DNA of 64,000 nt, from NCBI GenBank assembly GCA_964415115.1, contig CAYPYB010000004.1, positions 25,007 to 89,006 on the forward strand. The letters run 5' to 3'. The notes beneath the pieces are model-generated. The model was not told the origin of the DNA. It saw nothing but the letters and a program-made list of their open reading frames with translations, and did not search any database. A program made the position numbers and the translations under genes. This document shows positions 56,214-64,000 of the stretch, in pieces. The DNA is from an uncultured Candidatus Pelagibacter sp. (lineage in GTDB: Bacteria; Pseudomonadota; Alphaproteobacteria; Paracaedibacterales; CAIOTO01). Position 1 is the stretch's first letter. Each line of letters begins with the position of its first letter.

Positions 56214-58133
56214 ATGAAACATAAATTACCCCTATTGCTATGCACAGCAATCACCATACTTTCAGCTTGCCCTGAAAATGCCTATGCATCTGAAAAAGCA
56301 GAAACATCATTTTTTGGAAAAATTTCCAACTTCTTTTCAAGCATGTTTTCTTCTCCAAAAGAGACTCCAAAAACAGATGCCGTAAAAGTTGATGACGCGC
56401 AAACAAGTTCAGCTGTAGCATCCAAAGAAGCATCTGCAGAAGAGTCACAAGTTGCTGCACGTTTCCCTGATAAAACAGTGATTAGCGTACAAGAAGTTAA
56501 CAAACTCTGTAATGCAGCACCAGACAGTTTGCAAAATCAATATCCACAAGCAAAAATTTATCAACTCATGCTTATGCAATTGGTTACATCAAAGTTATTA
56601 AATGATGCCGCAATCCATGAAGGTATCGATAAATCTGATGATTTCACCAAAAAAAGCCAAGATGCTCATAATGTTGTCAAAACACAATTAGTGTTAACTC
56701 AAGAAATCGACAAAATTTTGACAGACGCTGTTCTTAAAGAACAGTATGATGACTTTGTCAAAGTAATGCCAAAAGAAGATGAATATCAAATTCAGCACAT
56801 TTTGTTTAATGACGAAGAAAAGGCTAATGAAATTCTCAAAAGATTGAAAAAGTTTAAAGGCGAAATGTTTAAAAAAGAATTTTCTGATGCTGTACAAAAA
56901 AATTCTGTTGACATACAATCTAAAAAAAGAAATGGTGTTGTAGGTTGGCTACCAAAACAAAAACTTAACAACGAAGAAGCGTTCAACAATGTTTCCTCCG
57001 GGGAATTAGTGGATAAAGTTCTTAAAATTTTCAATGAAGGCTATAGCGTCGTCTATATTAAAGAAAAACGCCCTGCACAACCACCAACTTTTGAACAAGC
57101 AAAAGCAGAATTAAGGCAAGTGATACTTCCTCAATATGCACTACAAGTTATTGAAAAACTTCGCAAAGACATGGGTGTTACTCTCACAGGTTTAGATAAA
57201 CAACACATGGAACTTCCTGCATTGCCACCTATGCCAAAGCTTGGTGCAGATCCAAAAAATCTTCCTGAAATGCCAAAACCAAAAGATTTTTCTGCTGTAA
57301 ATGAAAAAGATTTGGACAATACAATGGTTGTTGCAGAAATGAAGGATGGTTCAAAAATCACTCTTCAAGAAGTAAGAGATTCTGTTGCAGATCTTCCAGA
57401 TGCACTTAAAGCTGCACCTTTCCATGAACAGTTTACTCCAGCTCTTCTCAAACTTGCGGATATGAAGATATTAGACAAGATTGCAAAGGATCGTAAAATT
57501 GTTGATTCTCCTGAATTTAAAGAAAGAATTGAAAAAGCTCGTAAAACAGTTTTAAGCAAACTTTACATGGATAAAAAGTTAGAAAATAGAATCACACAAA
57601 AAATGATTAAAGAAACATATAATTCAATTTCAGACTTGTTTAGCAAAGATGAAATGGCTATTTGTCTACGTCACGTTATGGTTAAATCCAAAGATAAAGC
57701 ACAAGATCTGTTGAGCAAAATCCTTAAAGGTGGTGGAGTTAAGAAATTTGAAGAATACATAGCTTCTGAATCGATTGACGAACAATCCAAAAAGAACAAT
57801 GGAAAAATCGGATGTATTCCACAAAAAGACTTAAAACCAGAAATTGCTGAAATTCTTTTCAAAAAACCACAAGGTACTTTTGTTGAAGAACCCATTCAAA
57901 TGGCCGAAGAAGGTTACAGCATTGTCAGAGTGGAAGAAAAGAAGAAAATTCAACCACCAACCGTTGAACAACTTAAACCTCAACTTTTCAAACTAGCAGC
58001 AAAAAAAGAAAGTGAAAAAATTCTTCGTCAGGTTGTAAAAGAATCTAAAGTTGAAATATTTGACGCTAAAGGTAATAAAATTGATATCAATGCACTTTTA
58101 AATCCTAAAAATGCAGAAGGTGAATCTAACTAA
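56214..58133 (+). CDS. Periplasmic parvulin-type peptidyl-prolyl isomerase/chaperone with two tandem SurA_N-plus-rotamase modules
   Basis: There is a signal/lipobox-like N-terminus (LLLCTAITILSAC). It has two colinear modules: YQIQHILF...QSKKRNGVVGWLPKQKL...GYSVVYIKEKRPAQPPTFEQ, and ICLRHVMV...QSKKNNGKIGCIPQKDL...GYSIVRVEEKKKIQPPTVEQ. ATG 56214 has a GGAGAGAG RBS and is preferred over TTG 56172. Confidence 0.7.
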   Translation: MKHKLPLLLCTAITILSACPENAYASEKAETSFFGKISNFFSSMFSSPKETPKTDAVKVDDAQTSSAVASKEASAEESQVAARFPDKTVISVQEVNKLCNAAPDSLQNQYPQAKIYQLMLMQLVTSKLLNDAAIHEGIDKSDDFTKKSQDAHNVVKTQLVLTQEIDKILTDAVLKEQYDDFVKVMPKEDEYQIQHILFNDEEKANEILKRLKKFKGEMFKKEFSDAVQKNSVDIQSKKRNGVVGWLPKQKLNNEEAFNNVSSGELVDKVLKIFNEGYSVVYIKEKRPAQPPTFEQAKAELRQVILPQYALQVIEKLRKDMGVTLTGLDKQHMELPALPPMPKLGADPKNLPEMPKPKDFSAVNEKDLDNTMVVAEMKDGSKITLQEVRDSVADLPDALKAAPFHEQFTPALLKLADMKILDKIAKDRKIVDSPEFKERIEKARKTVLSKLYMDKKLENRITQKMIKETYNSISDLFSKDEMAICLRHVMVKSKDKAQDLLSKILKGGGVKKFEEYIASESIDEQSKKNNGKIGCIPQKDLKPEIAEILFKKPQGTFVEEPIQMAEEGYSIVRVEEKKKIQPPTVEQLKPQLFKLAAKKESEKILRQVVKESKVEIFDAKGNKIDINALLNPKNAEGESN

Positions 58134-58153
58134 TTAAATTCCAGTTAGATGCA

Positions 58154-58188
58154 TAAAAAAAGGAGAACTTTACGTTCTCCTTTTTTTA
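58154..58188. terminator. Bidirectional rho-independent terminator
   Basis: AAGGAGAAC (58160-58168) pairs with GTTCTCCTT (58174-58182). An A-run precedes the stem and a T-run follows it. It sits between convergent genes. Confidence 0.8.
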
Positions 58189-58205
58189 TACGCACTTAAT
58201 TAAGT

Positions 58206-58955
58206 TTATGAACTTAACACAGACTGACTTATAACATTACCATTAAAGAATTGGATCATCTCTAGAATAGATTCTACTGCTTTCCCAACATGTAATTCAT
58301 CGATTCCAGAAACAACCAAAATAACCCCAATATCCGGTGGCAAATTATAAAAAGGATAGCTACCTATTTCTAGCCCCATATAATTTTTTTGAATATTACT
58401 TAAATGCTCCGCCATAATACCTTCGATAAGGTCTGTTTTAATTTCTACCGTAAAAATCGGGTTGCCATTTTTTAACATAGGCAGAACATGTTGAAACATG
58501 GCTTTCATAACTTTTGGCATTCCTGCCATACAGTAAACATTATGAACGATAAATCCAGGAGCTTTACTAACGGGATTTTCAATTAATTGAGCATCTTTGG
58601 GCAGATACGCCATTTTTTCTCGATTGTCATTAAATTCGTCACCATAATAATCTTTCAAAATTTCTAAGGCCTCTCGATGAACTTCATAAGGTAAATCAAA
58701 GCACTTAGAGATTGTTTCTGATGTAATGTCATCGTGTGTAGGGCCAATTCCACCTGTAGTAAACAAATAATCACATTTTTGGGATAATTCTTTTACAGCA
58801 TGAATAATTGCAGCCTCGTCATCCTTTACAACACGCACTTCTATCAGTGCAATTCCTTTAATCTTTAAGTTCCTAGCAATAAAATTAATATTCGTGTCTT
58901 GAGTTCGTCCACTCAAAACTTCGTTTCCAATAACGATAATAGATGCTGTAATCAT
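58206..58955 (-). CDS. CinA-like molybdopterin-binding (MoCF_BD) domain protein
   Basis: MITASIIVIGNEVLSGRTQDTN and TTGGIGPTHDDIT are the CinA N-terminal / MoaB-MogA fold motifs. ATG 58955 is preferred over 59033, whose extension is hydrophobic and non-conserved. Confidence 0.7.
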   Translation of the reverse strand: MITASIIVIGNEVLSGRTQDTNINFIARNLKIKGIALIEVRVVKDDEAAIIHAVKELSQKCDYLFTTGGIGPTHDDITSETISKCFDLPYEVHREALEILKDYYGDEFNDNREKMAYLPKDAQLIENPVSKAPGFIVHNVYCMAGMPKVMKAMFQHVLPMLKNGNPIFTVEIKTDLIEGIMAEHLSNIQKNYMGLEIGSYPFYNLPPDIGVILVVSGIDELHVGKAVESILEMIQFFNGNVISQSVLSS

Positions 58956-59194
58956 AGTAGCTGCGCATAAAAAAATATCTGTAAATACTATACAGGAAAA
59001 GAAAAAGAAACACACTTCAAACTCATAAATCAATACTGTTGCTTTATTGCCTCAATATGAATATTACCTAAAATTTTAATCAACCTAGTGACCGTGTTTT
59101 TAAGGTATTATTAAAGAATTTATGTTGTAATTACATTTAGATTCAGCACACACGCTGATGTAAAAGTGTTAACTAATTAAAGGAGCCCCCTTCC

Positions 59195-59719
59195 ATGAAA
59201 AAAATTATTCAATTAAGCGCGATGTTACTCGCAACATCTGGTTTTGTTCTTGCAACACAAGCAGAAGCCCCAAAAGCTTCAGTAACAGAAAAAGTAGAAG
59301 CTGTTAAAAAAACAAAAAAAATCTCTCACAAATCACACAAAAAGGATAGAGATCTTACAGAAGCTCTAAACATGCAAACAGGACCATATGTTGCACAAGC
59401 AACAATCGTTGTTCCAGTTTGTGAAAAAGCAAAAAAAGATGAACATCATGATGTTAAGACTCATAAAAAAGGCAGAAAAAAAAGCCATAAAAAAATTGAA
59501 GCAAAGAAAAAAGAAGTAAAAGATCCAGTAGCTAAAGATGAAGCAAAATCATCAGTAGTTAAAGATGAAGCAAAATCATCAGTAGTTAAAGAAGCAGCAA
59601 AAAAAGTTGAAGAAACAAAAAATATAACTGCAGTTAAAGAAGATGCAAAAAAAGTTGAACCATCTGTAGTTCCTGCAGCTCCAGCAGTAGCACCTGCAGC
59701 TCCAGCTGTTCCAAAATAA
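59195..59719 (+). CDS. Secreted lysine-rich repeat protein
   Basis: 174 aa. Signal peptide (LSAMLLATSGFVLATQAEA), about one third Lys, internal repeats, and a Pro/Ala tail PAAPAVAPAAPAVPK. An AAAGGAG RBS lies upstream. Confidence 0.65.
   Translation: MKKIIQLSAMLLATSGFVLATQAEAPKASVTEKVEAVKKTKKISHKSHKKDRDLTEALNMQTGPYVAQATIVVPVCEKAKKDEHHDVKTHKKGRKKSHKKIEAKKKEVKDPVAKDEAKSSVVKDEAKSSVVKEAAKKVEETKNITAVKEDAKKVEPSVVPAAPAVAPAAPAVPK
59528..59608 (+). repeat. 27-nt tandem coding repeat (two near-identical units plus a degenerate third)
   Basis: Unit 1 is GTAGCTAAAGATGAAGCAAAATCATCA (59528-59554) and unit 2 is GTAGTTAAAGATGAAGCAAAATCATCA (59555-59581). A degenerate third unit starting GTAGTTAAAGAAGCAGCA follows. 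They encode V(A/V)KDEAKSS x2. Confidence 0.85.
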
Positions 59720-59741
59720 GATTTCTAGCTTATTTGATACC

Positions 59742-59780
59742 AAAAAAACCCTTGTTTCAACAAGGGTTTTTCTTTTTTTT
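59742..59780 (+). terminator. Rho-independent terminator
   Basis: AAACCCTTG pairs with CAAGGGTTT (59746-59769), followed by TTTTCTTTTTTTT. Confidence 0.8.
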
Positions 59781-59833
59781 AAGAAACGAAATAGGTATAC
59801 TAAATAAAGCTTATTAAATATTTATAATGTCAT

Positions 59834-61750
59834 TTGTTACAAAAACCCTTATTCTTTATTTCATGCATTATTGTGTTCCTTTCTGGGTGTGATAATTGGC
59901 TGAAAAATCAATTAGACGATATAAATACTACCCCATCAAATTTCCTCCTCTATGATCTTGAATTACAAGGAGTGGAAGATTTAAAAATCCTGGGTGAACT
60001 CGATGCTTCTTCGAAATTAAAAAAAATAGTTTTTAATAAACCAAGTACAGAATTTGCCTTGCAAAAAAGAATTGATGAAGATAGAAAACTTTTCCTAAAA
60101 ATCTTGCATAAACATGGATATTTTGATGCAAGAATTAATGTCAGAATAAAAGAAAATAAAAACATAAGTTTAAATAAACAAAAATCAAAAGTTAAAATAA
60201 TCTTTAAAATTAAAACGTATTCTCAATATATCATCAAAGATATTTCCATAGAAATAGATGCCCAAGAAAAAAATAGTTTTAATAAAAATCTAGATACAAT
60301 CAAAATCACTAAACTGAACAAATCCAGTGATCTTAATTTAGAAGATGTACAAAATGCACGAAATAATATTATTTTATATTTTCAAAAGTTAGGATATCCC
60401 TTTGTTAGCACTCTCAACCCTGTCGGACACATTAATTCTAAAGACAAAAATGTTCGTATCATCTTTCCTATAACCCTTGGACCCAAAACTTTTTTCGGAA
60501 AAGTAAACATCACAGGCAATAAGAAAATCAAATCAAAGTTTATTCAAAATAGAATTCAATGGATTGAAAACGATGTTTATAATCAAGAAAAAGTTAATAA
60601 AACCATTACTGAGCTGATGAAAACACAAATAATATCTCAGGTTAAAATTCAACCTACTAAACAAATTGTAGATAAAAGTGTGAATCAAAAAACTGCAATA
60701 TCTTCCTCCCCAATCGAAATTGAGGTTGAAGAAACACCTATGAAATCTATCAGCTTAGGTGCTCGTTATTCAACATCAACCTCTTTTGGTGGTCAAATAT
60801 TGTGGGATCACAAAAATTTATTTGGTGCAGGAGAATCACTAGAATTATCAGCGCGAAATTCTGTGCGGGAGCAAATTATACAAGCGTATTTGAAAATTCC
60901 AGATTTTCTGCACCCTAACTATACTCTCAATCTTCGTCAGCAGTACGTTAAAGAACGAACAAGATCCTATAAATCAAAAGTTATTGGATCCTATATTGAC
61001 ATCAGCTATAAATTCACAAAATACCTTAGATTAGTATTAGGGCTTATTTACGAAACCATTAAAACTCGTTCTTTTGCTAAAGAACTTAAATCACATAAAT
61101 TTTCAGTTCAGCAATACGGGCTTAATTCAGGTTTTTTAGTAGATTATTCAAATGATGCTCTCAATCCGACAAAAGGGTTTAAACTATCATCTAACGTTAA
61201 ACCTTACTGGTCTCGCAATGATAAAAACTCTAATATTATAGATTGGACATCTCAAGGCTCAATCTATTTACCTATAATGCAAGACCAATTTAAAGGTACA
61301 AACTTTGTTATAGCGTCTAATATAAAAGTTGGAATGATTCTCATGAAAGACTTTAAAAATGAAGCTGTTCCTAATCGTCGATTCTATAGCGGTGGCCCCA
61401 ACTCCATAAGATCCTATGGATATCAAAAAATTGGACCACTGGATACAAACGGCATCCCAATAGGTGGAAGATCACTAACAGAATGGATCGTTGAAATGAG
61501 ATCTCAATTTACCGATAAAATAGGTGGTGTTGCTTTCTTTGAAGCAGGAACGGTTATGAAAAAAGGTTCCCCTATATTAACGGGAACAGATACTTTGTAT
61601 GGAACCGGTTTAGGCCTAAGATATTTTAGCAGTTTAGGGCCTGTTAGATGCGATGTTGGTTTTCCCCTTAAAAAAAGAAGAATACCAGGAAATTCAAAGC
61701 CTATAGATTCTGCATTTCAAGTTGTGATATCTATTGGACAGTCTTTTTAA
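59834..61750 (+). CDS. Omp85-family outer membrane protein (TamA/BamA-like: POTRA repeats plus surface-antigen D15 barrel)
   Basis: 638 aa. The barrel has the conserved RFYSGGPNSIRSYGY motif and a C-terminal ISIGQSF with terminal Phe. The N-terminus has the lipobox-like FLSGC. The start appears to be TTG at 59834. Confidence 0.75.
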   Translation: MLQKPLFFISCIIVFLSGCDNWLKNQLDDINTTPSNFLLYDLELQGVEDLKILGELDASSKLKKIVFNKPSTEFALQKRIDEDRKLFLKILHKHGYFDARINVRIKENKNISLNKQKSKVKIIFKIKTYSQYIIKDISIEIDAQEKNSFNKNLDTIKITKLNKSSDLNLEDVQNARNNIILYFQKLGYPFVSTLNPVGHINSKDKNVRIIFPITLGPKTFFGKVNITGNKKIKSKFIQNRIQWIENDVYNQEKVNKTITELMKTQIISQVKIQPTKQIVDKSVNQKTAISSSPIEIEVEETPMKSISLGARYSTSTSFGGQILWDHKNLFGAGESLELSARNSVREQIIQAYLKIPDFLHPNYTLNLRQQYVKERTRSYKSKVIGSYIDISYKFTKYLRLVLGLIYETIKTRSFAKELKSHKFSVQQYGLNSGFLVDYSNDALNPTKGFKLSSNVKPYWSRNDKNSNIIDWTSQGSIYLPIMQDQFKGTNFVIASNIKVGMILMKDFKNEAVPNRRFYSGGPNSIRSYGYQKIGPLDTNGIPIGGRSLTEWIVEMRSQFTDKIGGVAFFEAGTVMKKGSPILTGTDTLYGTGLGLRYFSSLGPVRCDVGFPLKKRRIPGNSKPIDSAFQVVISIGQSF

Positions 61751-61779
61751 TTAAAATAAAATCTTTAATTCTTAATAAT

Positions 61780-62808
61780 CTACCCTGCAATTTTCATGAT
61801 TTTATAATCAATTTTAGATTGAGGACGACTTTTCAACCATGTGTTAAATCCTAGCACCAAAGGGTAAGCAGTATGCTTCTTTAAAATGAGATAGGGAATT
61901 TCTTTAGGATGCAAATTCAGTTGTATAAATATCTTTCTTCCATACTTAAAGAAACTTCTGCATAACACTTTAAACATTTGATAATGAGAAGAATCTTCTG
62001 TTTGGTTAGGGCAAAAATCCAAATACGTTTCATACGATAAATTTGAAATGATAATCACAACTTTTCCACAAACATCCCATATTTTATGACCTAAATAGGT
62101 TTGCTGTCCTAATTTGTTCCAGGATGAGTTTTTCAAACCAATCTTTGTTCTATCATTTTCTTTAATTTCTATAAACGATCCAATAAAGCTTTTAATTGTA
62201 ATGTGTAGATTAAAGTAATAAACAAGGAGTCGTTCAATCTGGTGAATCGACAACTCATTTTGAGAAAAAAGTTGTAAAAAACCAACGTATGATTTTAAGT
62301 TTTCTGGCATTTCGTTAGAAACACCAACTAATCGCGTCAACACTGTTCCAAACAATGTATTTGATGCGGGTCGATTCATTAAAGAGGGATGAATCGTTTT
62401 TTGAAAATGGTACCAAAGACGTGCGAGACGATGCTGAAAGATATCCAAAAAATCTACAAAACTATGGTCCTTTTCCCGCAGACGATCAAGCAATATTTCG
62501 GTATAGGGTATGGGCAATGGACCATTTGCTCCAGCAAGATTTAAAAAATTAATCCACAAAGTTTTTTTCTGCCCCATTACATCACATTTCCAAAGTGGTG
62601 ATGCCTGAGGCGCCATCGAAATATGACCCTTAATTTGAACGGGATCAAAATCAAAATGTTTGCAAAGATCAAAATCTTTGTGTTTATCATGGTCTTTGAA
62701 ATATACAAGCTCTAATAGATGCATAGCTTGATCAAAATCAAATCTATACGCCTCTTGATCTAAAGCTTGCTTTAGATCAATTCTTTTGTTCCCGATAGAG
62801 GATTCCAT
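61780..62808 (-). CDS. tssG: Type VI secretion system baseplate subunit TssG
   Basis: 342 aa. YRFDFDQAMHLLEL and LWINFLNLAGANGPLPIPYTEILLDRLREKDHSFVDFLDIFQHRLARLWYHF align with TssG of Pseudomonas (FGFFQALRLLE; VNFLGLTGPNGPLPLHLTEYV.ERLR......FLDLFHHRLLSLFY). Confidence 0.85.
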   Translation of the reverse strand: MESSIGNKRIDLKQALDQEAYRFDFDQAMHLLELVYFKDHDKHKDFDLCKHFDFDPVQIKGHISMAPQASPLWKCDVMGQKKTLWINFLNLAGANGPLPIPYTEILLDRLREKDHSFVDFLDIFQHRLARLWYHFQKTIHPSLMNRPASNTLFGTVLTRLVGVSNEMPENLKSYVGFLQLFSQNELSIHQIERLLVYYFNLHITIKSFIGSFIEIKENDRTKIGLKNSSWNKLGQQTYLGHKIWDVCGKVVIIISNLSYETYLDFCPNQTEDSSHYQMFKVLCRSFFKYGRKIFIQLNLHPKEIPYLILKKHTAYPLVLGFNTWLKSRPQSKIDYKIMKIAG

Positions 62809-64000
62809 CTATAGTACTCTTTTTGATTATGAACGTTAATTAAAACCATCTCTACAAATGAATGGTATGGAATGTATAAAGCCAGATAATTTCGTAAAAT
62901 TAAAGAAAAGATAAAAGTATCATTTTCTTTATACTGGTTGAGGTCAAATCCTATTTTGATTTCTAGTCCTTCACTAAAGCCTTTCCAAAGATTATCGCCC
63001 ATGCGTCTAACAATTTTTTTAACTTCGAAAATTTGGATACTTTCTATCATATTTTTTTGTTTTGATTGCTGAGACGAATATAACTTTAATCTGTCTTTCA
63101 ATAAAATATGATGATCGGGTAAATCAATAAGTGTTAAAAAATGGGATGACAATGTGGAAACTAATTTCCATAAATCTTCAGATTCTTCTGAACAATCGAC
63201 CTGAGAAGTTGGTAAAATCAAGTTTTCAATAGATTTGACCGGATAGTTTTCATCAAAACTATAGACACCTTCCGATCTGATTTTTGAAGCCTCATGACGA
63301 TTAGTGCAATAGGTATTTGCAAACACTACTCTTATAGCTGCATCCACGGGGTTCAATTGCCTATCAATGATCGATAGATAACAGTCTTTACCCTGATGCG
63401 CACCATACGAAACATGACGATCTAACCAAAAAATTGAGGCATTTTGTTGATGATGTTTTGCCGTAAAATAAGGGGGGATAACAATGGTTTCTCCAGAATT
63501 TTCATCGTGCGTATAGACTTTATCTATGGCAAAGATTTCAAAATTCTTTTCTCTTCTTTGATCGGGAACTAATTTATATTCGCTTCTTTTGTAATCTAGT
63601 TTAATAGGATCCGTGGTTTTTTCAAAAATGTTAATGATAGGTGTACAATTTAATCTAAAATACTTTGCATTTAAGGGTATAGAATCAAGCCTATGCGACG
63701 ATGAAACAGGAAGATAAATATTAATACTGATGTTTTTTTGATCTTCTAAATGCTTATGTTGTGATCGTAGAATTTGAAATAAATTTTTAATTTTGAAAAA
63801 TAAAAACTTTTCAGGAAAATGAAAAAATTCCTTCATCAACGCATGCGAATGGCAACTGAATCCTGGAATAGGTAAACTGATCTGATCCATTTCCATACCA
63901 TAGGGTTGTAAAGATCTTTCAGGCAAAGATGTAAAATATTCCATTTGATTTTCATCACGCACACCAATTACGGGAACACTATGATTTTGGGCAATTAAAA
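62772..64000 (-). CDS. tssF: Type VI secretion system baseplate subunit TssF, C-terminal about 409 codons (5' end beyond the right window edge)
   Basis: The frame stays open through nt 64000, and the GTG at 63962 is internal. The segment FFHFPEKFLFF, the overall length and the 37-nt overlap with tssG fit the TssF/ImpG family. Confidence 0.75.
   Translation of the reverse strand, partial: LIAQNHSVPVIGVRDENQMEYFTSLPERSLQPYGMEMDQISLPIPGFSCHSHALMKEFFHFPEKFLFFKIKNLFQILRSQHKHLEDQKNISINIYLPVSSSHRLDSIPLNAKYFRLNCTPIINIFEKTTDPIKLDYKRSEYKLVPDQRREKNFEIFAIDKVYTHDENSGETIVIPPYFTAKHHQQNASIFWLDRHVSYGAHQGKDCYLSIIDRQLNPVDAAIRVVFANTYCTNRHEASKIRSEGVYSFDENYPVKSIENLILPTSQVDCSEESEDLWKLVSTLSSHFLTLIDLPDHHILLKDRLKLYSSQQSKQKNMIESIQIFEVKKIVRRMGDNLWKGFSEGLEIKIGFDLNQYKENDTFIFSLILRNYLALYIPYHSFVEMVLINVHNQKEYYRWNPLSGTKELI

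Noticed and set aside
58956-59033. Upstream starts for the CinA-like gene (59033). Similar upstream starts were considered for addB (31237), phzF-like (TTG 39470), the PPIase (TTG 56172), murG (15247) and flgF (TTG 53267).
   Set aside because: The extensions are non-conserved hydrophobic or odd sequences. They overlap neighbouring genes or promoter elements. Downstream ATGs restore the canonical family N-termini.

Overview
Strongly AT-rich, densely coding (about 60 genes) chromosomal segment. No rRNA, CRISPR array, transposase or integrase was recognised. Gene content and local gene order (dapA-smpB, phoH-ybeY-corC, dapD-dapE-murG, flgF-flgG-flgA-flgH, alphaproteobacterial-type addB, DUF1467, RHH_4, TIGR01459-type HAD) point to an alphaproteobacterium with a reduced genome. 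It is plausibly a Rickettsiales/Holosporales-like intracellular symbiont; that assignment is inference only. Housekeeping genes: dapA (partial), smpB, fabG, cmk, mlaE, rpmJ, phoH, ybeY, corC, dapD, dapE, murG, clpP, ligA, addB, folB, a thiolase, secA, tRNA-Ser(CGA) and tRNA-Ala(GGC). Accessory content: (1) a compact chemotaxis-like module, with a hybrid CheA-REC, CheW and a CheY homologue that has lost the phospho-acceptor Asp, plus an unlinked soluble MCP; (2) the flagellar rod/L-ring block flgFGAH, preceded by a perfect sigma-54 promoter; (3) type VI secretion baseplate genes tssG and tssF, running off the right edge of the window; (4) a glycosyltransferase cluster that includes a GT10 fucosyltransferase-like gene; (5) several lineage-specific secreted proteins, one with a HicA-like C-terminal domain; (6) clear gene decay, comprising a roughly 2 kb field of same-strand ORF fragments at 48.1-50.1 kb, remnants next to tRNA-Ser, a T6 homopolymer frameshift inside a lipoprotein signal peptide, and a split small ORF. 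All family assignments come from reading motifs in the supplied translations by eye. No database search was run.
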